This document shows positions 1-9,198 of a stretch of DNA of 64,000 nucleotides, piece after piece. This DNA is from Methanoregula sp. (lineage in GTDB: Archaea > Halobacteriota > Methanomicrobia > Methanomicrobiales > Methanospirillaceae). Where the stretch lies: positions 1,009 through 65,008 of the forward strand of contig PLLR01000058.1 of NCBI GenBank assembly GCA_003141335.1, in the 5' to 3' direction. Each line of letters opens with the position of its first letter. The stretch's first letter is position 1. A program made the position numbers and the translations under genes. A model generated the notes under the pieces. That model searched no databases, was not told the origin of the DNA, and saw only the letters and a list, made by a program, of their open reading frames with translations.

Positions 1-20
1 GGAGGTCAGTATATAATTCC

Positions 21-31
21 AAAATAAAAAA
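21..31 (-). terminator. oligo-T tract downstream of the mbh operon
   Basis: The A-run aaaataaaaaa on + is a T-rich run on -, 17-27 nt after the mbhN stop. Archaeal terminators are usually oligo-T. Confidence 0.3.
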
Positions 32-47
32 GAGTTACTTACCGATT

Positions 48-458
48 TTACTCAACAATCTGGCTCTCAGCGAACCGGTCCTCGCATGCCAGCAGGAACT
101 CCGGAGTCATGTGCAGGCAATCCTTCGGGCAGATGTCATTGCACTGGGAGCAGAAGACGCACTGGGCGACATAGATGCGGACACGCTTTGTTGTTGGGAG
201 AAATTCGATGGCATGAGCGGGGCAGACCTTCAGGCAGAGCTGGCATCCGATGCACGACTCCCGGTCATAAGTGATCTTTCCCCGGAATCCCGGGGGCACC
301 GGCACGGGGGGGTTAATGACCGCCTCACCCTGTGCGACCTTTTGCAGGAATTTTGTCACCGAGGGCGGGAGGTAACGGGCCGGAAACGCGTTGGTAGCCG
401 GTTTTTTGAAGAGCTGCCTGAGCAGTTCCGGCATCATGGGAAGGCGGACCATGGTCAC
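48..458 (-). CDS. mbhN: Mbh hydrogenase 2x[4Fe-4S] ferredoxin-type subunit (NuoI/EchF-like)
   Basis: 136 aa. Two CxxCxxCxxxCP motifs (CIGCQLCLKVCP, CVFCSQCNDICP). Last gene of the operon, with an ATGA overlap to mbhM. Confidence 0.85.
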   Translation of the reverse strand: MTMVRLPMMPELLRQLFKKPATNAFPARYLPPSVTKFLQKVAQGEAVINPPVPVPPGFRGKITYDRESCIGCQLCLKVCPAHAIEFLPTTKRVRIYVAQCVFCSQCNDICPKDCLHMTPEFLLACEDRFAESQIVE

Positions 459-1456
459 ACCACCCTCAGGAAATGATCAGCCATAACCAGCAGCAGGCCG
501 GCAATGCCGATGAGGCTGAGATATATCCAGTACACCGAGACCACCTGGTTGATGCGGAACCGGGCCATGGAAACCCTGATCAGGCTTACCGCTACAAAAG
601 CTACCAGCACCACCAGGACGAGGTAGAATAGCAGGTCAAGAACCGGTTGCAGGATGACCGGTGCCGGGAGTAATGCGGAGAGCCGGTAAGGGATAAAGAG
701 CGCCACAACAAGCGAGGCCATGACCACGGTCTTCACACCCTGCGTGAGGGTGAAGAGGGCAAGGTTCTTTCCTGAATACTCCACCAGCACCCCGCCGGCA
801 AGCTCCGTCTCGGCTTCCGGCGTATCGAAGGGGATGCGGGAGAGTTCTGCCGGGATGACAATGAGAAGGACGAAGAACAGGATAAGGACGCCAATAATCC
901 CGAGCGGCCCCACAAGTCCCCAGACAGGGTTGGCCTGCACGCTTGCCAGCATGAAGGGGAGCGGGATCCCTGAAACGGCAAGTTTCCATGCAATGGTGAT
1001 GATCACAATGGCAAGCGGGAACTCGTACGCGATCATGGTCACCATCTCTCTCTGTGCTCCCACGGTGGCGTACGGTGACCCGGAAGAAAACCCTCCGGCA
1101 ACAAGTGCCAGAGCTGGCAGGGTCAGGAGGTACATGACCAGTACCAGGTCTCCCCCGCCGGAAAGAACGGGGGCAAACCCGCCGACAGGGATATAGAGCA
1201 GGATGGTGATTGCCGACGCCAGTGCCACGACCGGTGCCAGGTTGAAGAGCCAGGGTATGGCATTGGCGGGCACCACATTTTCCTTCATGAAGAGCTTGCG
1301 TATGTCCGTCAGAGGCTGGCTGAGCGGAGGACCGATGCGTGCCTGCATCCGGGCAGTCACGATCCGGTCAACACCCATCAGGAATAATGCGACAAGTATC
1401 CCGAAAACCCCGACAAGAATCGCTCCTGCCACTGTCCCGATGAGATCGGTCAGCAT
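455..1456 (-). CDS. mbhM: Mbh hydrogenase integral membrane subunit (NuoH/HycD/EchB-like)
   Basis: 333-aa polytopic hydrophobic protein. It sits between the large subunit and the Fe-S subunit, as in Pyrococcus mbh. Confidence 0.8.
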   Translation of the reverse strand: MLTDLIGTVAGAILVGVFGILVALFLMGVDRIVTARMQARIGPPLSQPLTDIRKLFMKENVVPANAIPWLFNLAPVVALASAITILLYIPVGGFAPVLSGGGDLVLVMYLLTLPALALVAGGFSSGSPYATVGAQREMVTMIAYEFPLAIVIITIAWKLAVSGIPLPFMLASVQANPVWGLVGPLGIIGVLILFFVLLIVIPAELSRIPFDTPEAETELAGGVLVEYSGKNLALFTLTQGVKTVVMASLVVALFIPYRLSALLPAPVILQPVLDLLFYLVLVVLVAFVAVSLIRVSMARFRINQVVSVYWIYLSLIGIAGLLLVMADHFLRVV

Positions 1457-2688
1457 CGTGAAAGCCTCCTTGTTTTCTCACGGGAAAGACGCGTCAGCTC
1501 TTCCTTGGTCAGGTCAGCTGCAGAACCGTTCCGGATAATTGTCACCCGGTCGGTACAGGACATGCAGGGATCAATAGATGCTACGATGATGGGGACGTCT
1601 GCCAGCTGCTCGCCTTTGAGCATGGGGATCCAGGACATCAGGTTGCTGTAGGAGGATGCTTTCACCTTCCATGTCGCCGGGGCCTCGTTCCCGTCCATGC
1701 GGACATAGTGCATGCATTCGCCTCTCGGGGCCTCCACCCTGCCGATTGCCTCTCCCTGAGCTTTTTTCAATATGGAAAGCAGCTTGGGCAACTTTTTCTC
1801 CCAGAGGATCTCTCCGGCAGGCAGATTATCCAGGCACTGCTGGATGATATCAATGGACTGGGCGATTTCAAGGAGCCTTACGATGATCCGGTCGTACACA
1901 TCGCCCATCGGCCCCCCGAATTCCTGTGGGGGAAGGACCGGGTGGACATCGAAGTCGCCATAGGCGCAGTACGGATAATCGTGCCGGATATCCATGGCGA
2001 CACCAGATGCCCGTGCAGTCGGACCGACGGCACAGAGGAGCTGGGCATCCCGGTAGCTCAAAAGACCGTGGCCCCTGCACCGCATGCGTATGGTGCTGTC
2101 ATCTAAAAAGACGGTCTTCATCTGGTCAAGCAGCCCCCGGTAATAGGCAAGGCCCTGTTCGATGACGGGGCGCTGGTCGTCACTGATATCCCTGCGGACG
2201 CCGCCGATCTGGACAATCCCGTAGTTCACCCGGTTCCCGGTGAGGTTCTCGATAAGGTCCATCGATTGTTCCCTCACCCGCCATGCAAGGAAGAGGAGCG
2301 AATCAAACCCCAGCTCGTGGGCAGCCACACCGGCCCACAGGATATGTGACTGCATCCGCTCGAGCTCGTGCAGGATGGTCCTGATGTAGTCGGCCCGGGG
2401 GGGGACTTCAATCTCGGCAATCTGCTCCACGGCCCGAGCAAACGAGAGCGAATGCACAATCCCGCAGATGCCGCATATCCGGTCGGTGAGGTGGACGATC
2501 TGGACCGGGTTCCTCCTCATGCCCATCCATTCGATGCCCCGGTGGGTATTACCTGGTGCAAAGTCCACCGATCTGACCACTTCTCCTTCCATCTGGAAGG
2601 TAAACATGACCGGCTCTTTTAAGGCTGGATGCACAGGTCCGATCGGGACCGTATAGGGAGTTGATTTTTTTGTTGTATCGCCGTTCAT
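1450..2688 (-). CDS. mbhL: group 4 [NiFe] hydrogenase large subunit (NuoD-like)
   Basis: 412 aa. N-terminal RICGICGIVHS and C-terminal DPCMSCTDR Ni-Fe ligand motifs, followed by a 31-aa tail. Confidence 0.92.
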   Translation of the reverse strand: MNGDTTKKSTPYTVPIGPVHPALKEPVMFTFQMEGEVVRSVDFAPGNTHRGIEWMGMRRNPVQIVHLTDRICGICGIVHSLSFARAVEQIAEIEVPPRADYIRTILHELERMQSHILWAGVAAHELGFDSLLFLAWRVREQSMDLIENLTGNRVNYGIVQIGGVRRDISDDQRPVIEQGLAYYRGLLDQMKTVFLDDSTIRMRCRGHGLLSYRDAQLLCAVGPTARASGVAMDIRHDYPYCAYGDFDVHPVLPPQEFGGPMGDVYDRIIVRLLEIAQSIDIIQQCLDNLPAGEILWEKKLPKLLSILKKAQGEAIGRVEAPRGECMHYVRMDGNEAPATWKVKASSYSNLMSWIPMLKGEQLADVPIIVASIDPCMSCTDRVTIIRNGSAADLTKEELTRLSREKTRRLSRC

Positions 2689-3323
2689 TCTGCTGCGCCT
2701 CCCGTCTTTTTCTCCATTCCTTCAGCCGCCGGCACTTCCACAACTGGTTTCTTTTCCGGAACCGGTGGTACCGGGCGATCCTTTGGCCGGCCTATGGCCC
2801 ACAGTTCCCTGACCATCTCGGGTTTTATCCCTGTTTCGTCCTTCCTCCAGGGATACACGCCCTGCGGGAAATCATCGGGAAGGAAGAGCCTCCGCCCATC
2901 GGGGATATCAGTTACCGTGATGCCGAAAAATTCCTGTTTTTCGCGTTCCGATAACAGGGCCCCGGGAATCAGGTCAGTGATGGTGGGCACCGTCAGATCT
3001 GTTTTTGGGAGACGGATCCCGAAGGTTACCATGTACTCACCGAATTTCGTGCCATAGAAGACGGACAGGATATAGAGGAGTTCAATCTCATCGCCGAGAT
3101 CATTTCCTGCGATTACTGCGAAGTGCGGGAACCTGATATCCATGAGTTTTTTGATTGCAGGTTTCAGGAGTTCCCGGTCGACACGGATCCAGATATTGTA
3201 ATTCTTCGTCTTTTTTACCCCTTCCCCGCGCTCGGTGATCCGGGCTTCGTGAATACCTACCCCGAATTCAGCTTTGTAGAGATCGATAATCTCCTGGGGG
3301 GAGAGATGCGGTGTTTCGGTCAT
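2685..3323 (-). CDS. mbhK: Mbh hydrogenase NuoC/EchD-like subunit
   Basis: 212-aa soluble protein between the small and large subunits, with 4-nt overlaps on both sides. Assigned from position and NuoC-like sequence character. Confidence 0.75.
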   Translation of the reverse strand: MTETPHLSPQEIIDLYKAEFGVGIHEARITERGEGVKKTKNYNIWIRVDRELLKPAIKKLMDIRFPHFAVIAGNDLGDEIELLYILSVFYGTKFGEYMVTFGIRLPKTDLTVPTITDLIPGALLSEREKQEFFGITVTDIPDGRRLFLPDDFPQGVYPWRKDETGIKPEMVRELWAIGRPKDRPVPPVPEKKPVVEVPAAEGMEKKTGGAAE

Positions 3324-3751
3324 TGCGCTGCCTCCAGACGCTCCAGTTTCTCCAGCGCTTTTACAACCCCGTAGATGATTGCCTCCGGACGGGGAGGGCA
3401 GCCGGGCACATATACATCGACGGGAAGCACCTGGTCGATCGGCCCGTCAAGGTTGTACGAGTCATAGAAGACACCACCAGACTGACCGCATGACCCGATG
3501 CACATGACCAGCTTGGGATCGGGCACCTGCTCATAGACCCTCCGGACTTTCGGTGCCATCTTTTTCGTCACTGGCCCGGTCACCAAAAGTACATCGGCAT
3601 GCTTTGGCGAGCCCACCAGCTTGATACCGAAGCGCTCGGGGTCATAACGCGGGGTTATTGTCGCCACAATCTCGATCTCGCAGCCATTGCAGGAGCCGGT
3701 ATTGAGGTGGAACACCCAGAGCGAACGGTTGAAGGATTTTGTCAGTTTCAT
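3320..3751 (-). CDS. mbhJ: group 4 [NiFe] hydrogenase small subunit (NuoB-like)
   Basis: 143 aa. Cys pattern CNGC...CIGSCGQSGG...GCPPRP is typical of the NuoB/EchC proximal [4Fe-4S] subunit. Confidence 0.9.
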   Translation of the reverse strand: MKLTKSFNRSLWVFHLNTGSCNGCEIEIVATITPRYDPERFGIKLVGSPKHADVLLVTGPVTKKMAPKVRRVYEQVPDPKLVMCIGSCGQSGGVFYDSYNLDGPIDQVLPVDVYVPGCPPRPEAIIYGVVKALEKLERLEAAQ

Positions 3752-4095
3752 GAGAGCACTCCCACGATTACGAGAAGCACCGCTGTTACTGCAACAAACC
3801 AGATCATATAATCGGTCAAAATACCCGTATGGAGTGGCACAATGGCGTCATAATAACCTTTCAGTGCCTGCAAAAATCCCCAGTACAGGTTGCTGGCCCT
3901 GATATGGACTGCCCCCTTCTCCGGCTCCGCGTTGCCGGAGAGGTAGGGGCGCCCCTGCTCAGTTCCTTTCTTGTACGAAGACTCTCCCGTTTTCCAGAGA
4001 AGGTACACAACGATGGTGGCAGCCACGAATGCAGCCAGCCAGGCAACAGGAGCCCACATGCCATATCCGGTCAGCACAGGTGCAGTCAGATCCAT
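3748..4095 (-). CDS. mbhI: small membrane subunit of Mbh (MbhI position)
   Basis: ORF 3748-4221 trimmed to the ATG at 4095, which lies 1 nt after the mbhH stop (4097-4099). 115 aa with hydrophobic helices. Confidence 0.6.
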   Translation of the reverse strand: MDLTAPVLTGYGMWAPVAWLAAFVAATIVVYLLWKTGESSYKKGTEQGRPYLSGNAEPEKGAVHIRASNLYWGFLQALKGYYDAIVPLHTGILTDYMIWFVAVTAVLLVIVGVLS

Positions 4096-4096
4096 G

Positions 4097-5674
4097 TCAG
4101 GCACCTCCCAGCACCGAAGCGATATACCCGCCCTGGTCTGCAAGCGCATGGGCGGCAGGGGCGACAAGCATGTCCACCACCGGCTGCGGGAACAGGCCGA
4201 AGAGGATGACGATGGCAGCAAGGATGCCCATACCGATCAGCATCGGAAGCGGAGCCTCCTTGACGTCTGCATATTCCGGAAGCTGTGGCCCCATGAATAC
4301 CGAATGGAAGACCTTGACAAACGAGGCAAGGGTGAGGATGGAAACAACCATCGCGATGATCGCAAGGATCGGGTTGAAGAGGTAGACGGACTCGTAGATC
4401 ATCAGTTTTGAGGCGAAACCATTGAAGGGCGGGATTCCTGCGATTGCAAGTGCACCGATAATGAAGAAGATCATGGTGTACTTCATGGTGTGCCCGAGCC
4501 CTCCCATTTTGTTCAGGTCGCGGGTACCAATCCGGTAGAATATTGCTCCTGCAGTCAGGAAGAGGAGCCCCTTGTACATCGCATGGTTGAAGATGTGGAA
4601 GATGCCCCCCTCCATCGCCATAAACCCGAATGCACTGGTGAGTGTGGCATTGCCGAGTACAGCGAGCCCTACACCGACACCGAGAAGCATATAACCGGTC
4701 TGTGAGACCGCGTGGTATGCCATCAGGCGCTTGATATCTTTCTGGGGAATTGCCATCGTCACCCCGACGACCATAGAGAGCACGCCGAGGATGATGATGA
4801 TCCAACCCACGGTGACGCAGTTCATGGTGATATTATACATGGTGAATACCACCCGGAAGAGCCCGTACAGGCTTGCCTGGCTCGCGACCACTAAAAATGC
4901 GGTTACCGACGACGGCGCCATGGAGTAGGCATCCGGTGTCCAGAAATGCATGGGCACGGCACCGCATTTCATCGCAAGTGCAGCGACGAGGAGGACGAGC
5001 GCGATTTTGTCCAGCATCGAAAACTGCATCCGCTGGGCAATCATGGCGATGTTCAGCGCATTGTACTGCCCGTAGTATATCCCGATGGCAAACAGGACGA
5101 GGATCGCACCGAGCGTGGACAGGACGAAATATTTCAGTGCTGCCTCTACGGCAAGCCCCCCGTCGATGCGGTACGCGATGAGGCCAGCAGATGCAAGGGA
5201 GAGGATCTCAAGGAACACAAAGAAGTTGAAGAAATCCCCCGTGGAGACCATGCCAAAGACACCGGTGATCATCAGGAGGAAAAGGGCATAATATCCTTCA
5301 AGATTGCTGTTGTGTGATTCGGACGACATTGAATACAAGAGAACCGAAACCCCGACTATTGCACAGATGATCTCCATGAACGCGCTCATCGCATCCACGG
5401 TGAAGATGATCCTGATCGGGATGCCCCCGGAATCCAGCGGGACTGCGAGATGCGTCGCTGCGGCGCCGAACACGTAGATCACGGTGCCAGTGGAAAATAC
5501 CCTGAACGCAAGAATGAAGGCAATCGCGGCAGTGACAAGCATCGCGCCCATCACCCACAGGTTTCTTGCGGCTGCTGAGATCCTGCCAATAGCCGGACAG
5601 GTGAATGCCGCAAACAGCGGGATGGCTACAAGCAGCGCCGGTGCATTGGTGACGATGAAATCGGCGAGTGTCAT
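4097..5674 (-). CDS. mbhH: Mrp antiporter-like subunit (MrpD/NuoL-M-N family)
   Basis: 525-aa, very hydrophobic, multi-TM protein of the proton-conducting antiporter-like family. Confidence 0.9.
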   Translation of the reverse strand: MTLADFIVTNAPALLVAIPLFAAFTCPAIGRISAAARNLWVMGAMLVTAAIAFILAFRVFSTGTVIYVFGAAATHLAVPLDSGGIPIRIIFTVDAMSAFMEIICAIVGVSVLLYSMSSESHNSNLEGYYALFLLMITGVFGMVSTGDFFNFFVFLEILSLASAGLIAYRIDGGLAVEAALKYFVLSTLGAILVLFAIGIYYGQYNALNIAMIAQRMQFSMLDKIALVLLVAALAMKCGAVPMHFWTPDAYSMAPSSVTAFLVVASQASLYGLFRVVFTMYNITMNCVTVGWIIIILGVLSMVVGVTMAIPQKDIKRLMAYHAVSQTGYMLLGVGVGLAVLGNATLTSAFGFMAMEGGIFHIFNHAMYKGLLFLTAGAIFYRIGTRDLNKMGGLGHTMKYTMIFFIIGALAIAGIPPFNGFASKLMIYESVYLFNPILAIIAMVVSILTLASFVKVFHSVFMGPQLPEYADVKEAPLPMLIGMGILAAIVILFGLFPQPVVDMLVAPAAHALADQGGYIASVLGGA

Positions 5675-6015
5675 CCTTGGAGCCTCCGTATCTTATCGAT
5701 ATCCACGGTGCCGTACTTTTTGTAGAGCACCATGGCAAACGAAAGGACCAGTGCACTCGTCGCCACCCCGATCACGATCGATGTCAGCGTGAGGGCCTGC
5801 GGTGTGGGCAGCACCATAAGTTCTGAGGGCGCGAGCGTGAAGATCGGGGCGACACCCCCCTCGCGGTAGCCAAGCGAGACAAGGAACAGGTTTACCGCGG
5901 ATTCGAGGATATTGATGCCAAGGAGGATCTTGATGATGTTCTTTTTCAAAAGGACGGTGACAATGCCGATAAAGGTCAGCACGACCACGGTGATGAACGG
6001 CAGGTTCCAGAGCAT
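5671..6015 (-). CDS. mbhG: MnhC/MrpC/NuoK-like membrane subunit
   Basis: 114 aa, about 3 TM helices. Its position matches MbhG. Confidence 0.75.
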   Translation of the reverse strand: MLWNLPFITVVVLTFIGIVTVLLKKNIIKILLGINILESAVNLFLVSLGYREGGVAPIFTLAPSELMVLPTPQALTLTSIVIGVATSALVLSFAMVLYKKYGTVDIDKIRRLQG

Positions 6016-6492
6016 TCAGCACCCCTCCTTTTCCAGTCCGGAAAGCATGTAGAGGATCACGAGCGTGAGTCCTCCCCACACTTCACAGCCGACAGAGAAA
6101 TTCATTAACGGGACGAATCCGCCGGTGTTCAATTCCCCGGCATTAATCCCGTACGGCACGGGTATTCCGAACAGCGAACCACTGGCATTCAGGTAATTGA
6201 AAAAGAACACCTGCCCGAATGCAAGGGCAAGAAGGGCAACCCCGATAAAACCGACGAGCCCGATCACTTCCTGACCCATCAGCACCTTACCGCTGAGCCA
6301 TTCCCTGACTTCCACATAACTGTATGCGACAATGACCAGCGCCCCCCCGGTTGCAATCACAGCGCCGCCCTGGAATCCTCCGCCCGGGGTCAGATGGCCG
6401 TGCGCCACGACATACAGCCCGAAGATCAGGATGAACGGATAAATTATATCCGCCGCTGTGCGGACGATCCTACTCATTCTCATGTTCCTCAC
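6016..6492 (-). CDS. mbhF: MnhB/MrpB-domain membrane subunit
   Basis: 158-aa hydrophobic protein. The start is ambiguous (Met 1, 4 or 6). Its position matches MbhF. Confidence 0.7.
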   Translation of the reverse strand: MRNMRMSRIVRTAADIIYPFILIFGLYVVAHGHLTPGGGFQGGAVIATGGALVIVAYSYVEVREWLSGKVLMGQEVIGLVGFIGVALLALAFGQVFFFNYLNASGSLFGIPVPYGINAGELNTGGFVPLMNFSVGCEVWGGLTLVILYMLSGLEKEGC

Positions 6493-6757
6493 CTGCCTGC
6501 ATCTTTCGGAATATCAGAGCAACGCCGATCACTGCACAGAAGAGTACCGTCGATTCCCCGAGGGTATCAAATCCCCTGAAATCAAAGGTGACTGAAGTGC
6601 ACTGGTTGTTTGTCCCGGTCTGTTCCTGCCCGAACCTCAGGAAATAATCATCCATGTCGGTCATTTTCGGTGCGCCGAAGGTAAAGGTCAACGCCATCAC
6701 CCCGAGGAATGCGGAGAGAATGAGAAGTGAGACAAGGAGAACGATCATCTTCTTCAT
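6470..6757 (-). CDS. mbhE: small Mbh membrane subunit
   Basis: 95 aa with an N-terminal TM helix. ATGA overlap with mbhD. Assigned by operon position. Confidence 0.55.
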   Translation of the reverse strand: MKKMIVLLVSLLILSAFLGVMALTFTFGAPKMTDMDDYFLRFGQEQTGTNNQCTSVTFDFRGFDTLGESTVLFCAVIGVALIFRKMQAGEEHENE

Positions 6758-7008
6758 GAGTTCTCCCCCTCAAACCGCCCGGTCGCCCGGATCGCAATGA
6801 TAAATATCGCCGTTGTCAGGCCGGCCCCGATCGCAGCCTGGGATATCGCGACATCGGGTGCCTGGAGTATATAGAATTCCAGCGATATCAGGAAACTGAA
6901 GAGACCCGCCGCAAGGGTTGCTGCCAGCAGGTCCTTGAAATAATAGGTCAGGATTGCCGAAACGATCAACCCGAGCAGTACCAGAATCTGGGGAATCTGT
7001 TCGATCAT
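6754..7008 (-). CDS. mbhD: small Mbh membrane subunit
   Basis: 84 aa, 2-3 TM helices. ATGA overlap with mbhC. Assigned by operon position. Confidence 0.55.
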   Translation of the reverse strand: MIEQIPQILVLLGLIVSAILTYYFKDLLAATLAAGLFSFLISLEFYILQAPDVAISQAAIGAGLTTAIFIIAIRATGRFEGENS

Positions 7009-7364
7009 AGTTTTGCCTCCTCCAACCGGTCGACGACTGCAAGCATTGGCTTAATGCCGCTCCTGTGGGCGGCACGCGCAATCGCATGGGCGCTGACAGC
7101 ATTCGTGAATGCGAGGCACGCAGCCGCCAAAAATGCATGGATGGCAAGGGTGAGGTACTGGCTGTCGTTCTGTGAAAAGAACATCGAGAGCCCGAACACG
7201 ATGACTGCAAGCGACGTGAAGATCGAGCCAAACGTCGTTGCCTTCGTTGTCGCATGCATACGGGTATACAGGTCGGGGAACCGCAGGAGCCCGATGACCC
7301 CGAGCGTGTTGAAGACCACACCGATGGCGAGGCATGCGTAAATAAGTATTTCAACGGCGGTCAT
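7005..7364 (-). CDS. mbhC: MnhG/MrpG-like subunit
   Basis: ORF trimmed to the ATG at 7364, 1 nt after the mbhB stop. The N-terminus MTAVEILIYACLAIGVVFNTLGVIGLLRFPDLYTRMHA is MnhG-like. Confidence 0.75.
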   Translation of the reverse strand: MTAVEILIYACLAIGVVFNTLGVIGLLRFPDLYTRMHATTKATTFGSIFTSLAVIVFGLSMFFSQNDSQYLTLAIHAFLAAACLAFTNAVSAHAIARAAHRSGIKPMLAVVDRLEEAKL

Positions 7365-7365
7365 A

Positions 7366-7623
7366 TCAGAGTTCCCCTCCAATATACTTGGCAATGTATA
7401 GCGTGCTGACGAATGAGAGCAACCCATACACGATGGCGACATCGACAAAAATGACTTCCTTAAACACCACTCCCAAGAGGATCATTGCTGCAATCGTCAG
7501 CGTGTTTACCGTGTCGAGCGCAATGGCCCGGTCGGGAGCGGTCGGCCCGAGCACCAGCCTGACCGTTGAGAGTGCCATGAGGACCGTCAGGCAGAGCACA
7601 GTAAGGATCCAGGCATCAATCAT
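7366..7623 (-). CDS. mbhB: MnhF/MrpF-like subunit
   Basis: Trimmed to the ATG at 7623, giving an ATGA overlap with the mbhA stop. 85 aa, 3 TM helices. Confidence 0.7.
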   Translation of the reverse strand: MIDAWILTVLCLTVLMALSTVRLVLGPTAPDRAIALDTVNTLTIAAMILLGVVFKEVIFVDVAIVYGLLSFVSTLYIAKYIGGEL

Positions 7624-8147
7624 TCGGCAATCCTCCGTATCCATGCGGGGAGGTTTACAAGCCCGAAGAGCTCGGTGCTTTCAATCACTTCTCGCTTCTC
7701 ATCCCCCTCACCGATATTGATATTGTGGATGAAGAGATCGTTTGTCTCTTCGTCAATCCCCACAGAAAGAGTCCCGGGAGTCAGGGTGATCGAGTTTGCC
7801 AGCATGAAGATACCCAGATCGGTCTTCAGTCCCGAATGCACCCGTACGATACCGGGCCTGATCTTCATCGTGATGACCCGGTATGCGACATCAAGGTTTG
7901 CCTTTGTGAGCTCCACAAAGAAGGGCCCCGGCACATAGACCAGCAAAAGTAATAACCGGCGCGGATCGAGCAGGCGAAAACTCTTCGATCTGCACAGGAA
8001 ATTTCTTGCAATAAGTCCGGTCAGGATTGCAAGCAGGACTCCCATGACAAGTTCAGATAACGACCAGAACCCGATAGTGCCTGAGCCGGCAGTCAATATT
8101 AGGTACATCAGAAATGCCGCACCCGCAGTTACAAGAAATGCAATCAC
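7620..8147 (-). CDS. mbhA: MnhE/MrpE-like subunit, first gene of the mbh operon
   Basis: 175 aa. GTG start preceded by the SD-like GGGGGTGGA. Confidence 0.7.
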   Translation of the reverse strand: MIAFLVTAGAAFLMYLILTAGSGTIGFWSLSELVMGVLLAILTGLIARNFLCRSKSFRLLDPRRLLLLLVYVPGPFFVELTKANLDVAYRVITMKIRPGIVRVHSGLKTDLGIFMLANSITLTPGTLSVGIDEETNDLFIHNINIGEGDEKREVIESTELFGLVNLPAWIRRIAE

Positions 8148-8217
8148 AGATCCACCCCCTGATGTCCAGAAACTGTATTTTCAACATTACTGGGCCAAAA
8201 CCGTTCGCTTGATTTCA

Positions 8218-8227
8218 GGATAATGTC
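8218..8227 (-). promoter_or_regulatory. candidate operator GACATTATCC upstream of mbhA
   Basis: Read on the - strand this is GACATTATCC, 71-80 nt upstream of the mbhA GTG. It is a perfect inverted copy of 8311-8320, and flank similarity brings the match to 16/19. Confidence 0.4.
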
Positions 8228-8310
8228 ACCATCAGAATTGGTCAGGAACAATGTAACGCCACCATAATTCTTAATGATTTATCATGAACAATATTAAAAA
8301 GTGCGTTTTT

Positions 8311-8320
8311 GACATTATCC
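8311..8320 (+). promoter_or_regulatory. candidate operator GACATTATCC upstream of cooC
   Basis: GACATTATCC lies 60-69 nt upstream of the cooC ATG and mirrors 8218-8227. Confidence 0.4.
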
Positions 8321-8379
8321 AGATACCAATATTCTTTCAACATGTGCAATCATAGGTTGTTTTAAAAAGGCTACCCTTC

Positions 8380-9198
8380 ATGAAGATCGCGGTCTCTGGA
8401 AAAGGCGGTGTAGGTAAGACGTTTATTGCCGGTACTCTTGCTGCACTATTTGTCAGGAGCGGTCATCGAGTTATTGCTCTGGATGCAGATCCTTCGCCCA
8501 ACCTCGCACAGACACTTGGACTTTCCTTTGACGAGGCTGCCCGGATTGTTCCCATCGCGGAGAATGAACAGTTGATCAGGTTAAAGACCGGTACGGAATT
8601 CTCCGGTGTGTTCCGGCTTACATTCACGGTTGACGATATTATTGACAGCTATTCAGTACCAACACCAGCCGGTCCCCACCTTATGGTGATGGGGACCGTG
8701 CGTTCGATGGGGGCCGGGTGCACATGCCCGGCAAACTCCGTGGTGAAAGCACTGCTCCGTCACTTGGTCGTTGAACGGGATGAGGTTGTGATCCTGGACA
8801 TGGAAGCCGGGATCGAGCATCTCGGCCGGGGAACGGCAGAGCATGTTGATACGATGATCGTCGTTACCGATGCAAACAGGAAATCGCTGGAGATCGCGAG
8901 GACCATCTGTCAGCTCGCCGCTGAATCAAATATACATCGTATTGGTCTCGTGGGTAACCGGATCACTGAATCACTACAGGAGAATGCAATCCGGTTCTTT
9001 GCTGAAAAGAACCAGCTCAACATCTTTACGATGATTCCTTTTGATCAGCAGGTTGCCGATGCCGGAATTACCGGGGTAGAAGTTGATGAAAAAACCTCAT
9101 TGGCACTTCCTGCAATCGGACAACTTGCAGATATCCTGACAAACAATGATGATGTTGTAACGTATGCACGTACTAGTAAGGAGACGACGAAGTTCTGA
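8380..9198 (+). CDS. cooC: CooC-type Ni-insertion ATPase (CODH maturation factor)
   Basis: 272 aa. N-terminal deviant Walker A GKGGVGKT and a CxC metal motif (GCTCP). MinD/CooC family, located upstream of cdh. Confidence 0.85.
   Translation: MKIAVSGKGGVGKTFIAGTLAALFVRSGHRVIALDADPSPNLAQTLGLSFDEAARIVPIAENEQLIRLKTGTEFSGVFRLTFTVDDIIDSYSVPTPAGPHLMVMGTVRSMGAGCTCPANSVVKALLRHLVVERDEVVILDMEAGIEHLGRGTAEHVDTMIVVTDANRKSLEIARTICQLAAESNIHRIGLVGNRITESLQENAIRFFAEKNQLNIFTMIPFDQQVADAGITGVEVDEKTSLALPAIGQLADILTNNDDVVTYARTSKETTKF

Noticed and set aside
4086-4805. A 239-aa same-strand alternative-frame ORF inside mbhH. A 194-aa one at 6770-7354 spans mbhD/mbhC.
   Set aside because: Their translations are Arg/His/Cys/Pro-rich. 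The annotated frames give coherent membrane-protein sequences with operon-consistent start/stop overlaps.
8359-8367. ttttaaaaa, considered as the TATA box for cooC.
   Set aside because: It lies only 13-21 nt from the ATG, which is too close for the usual spacing of about 25 nt to the TSS unless the annotated start is wrong. I could not decide between this and aatattc at 8328, so no promoter is called.
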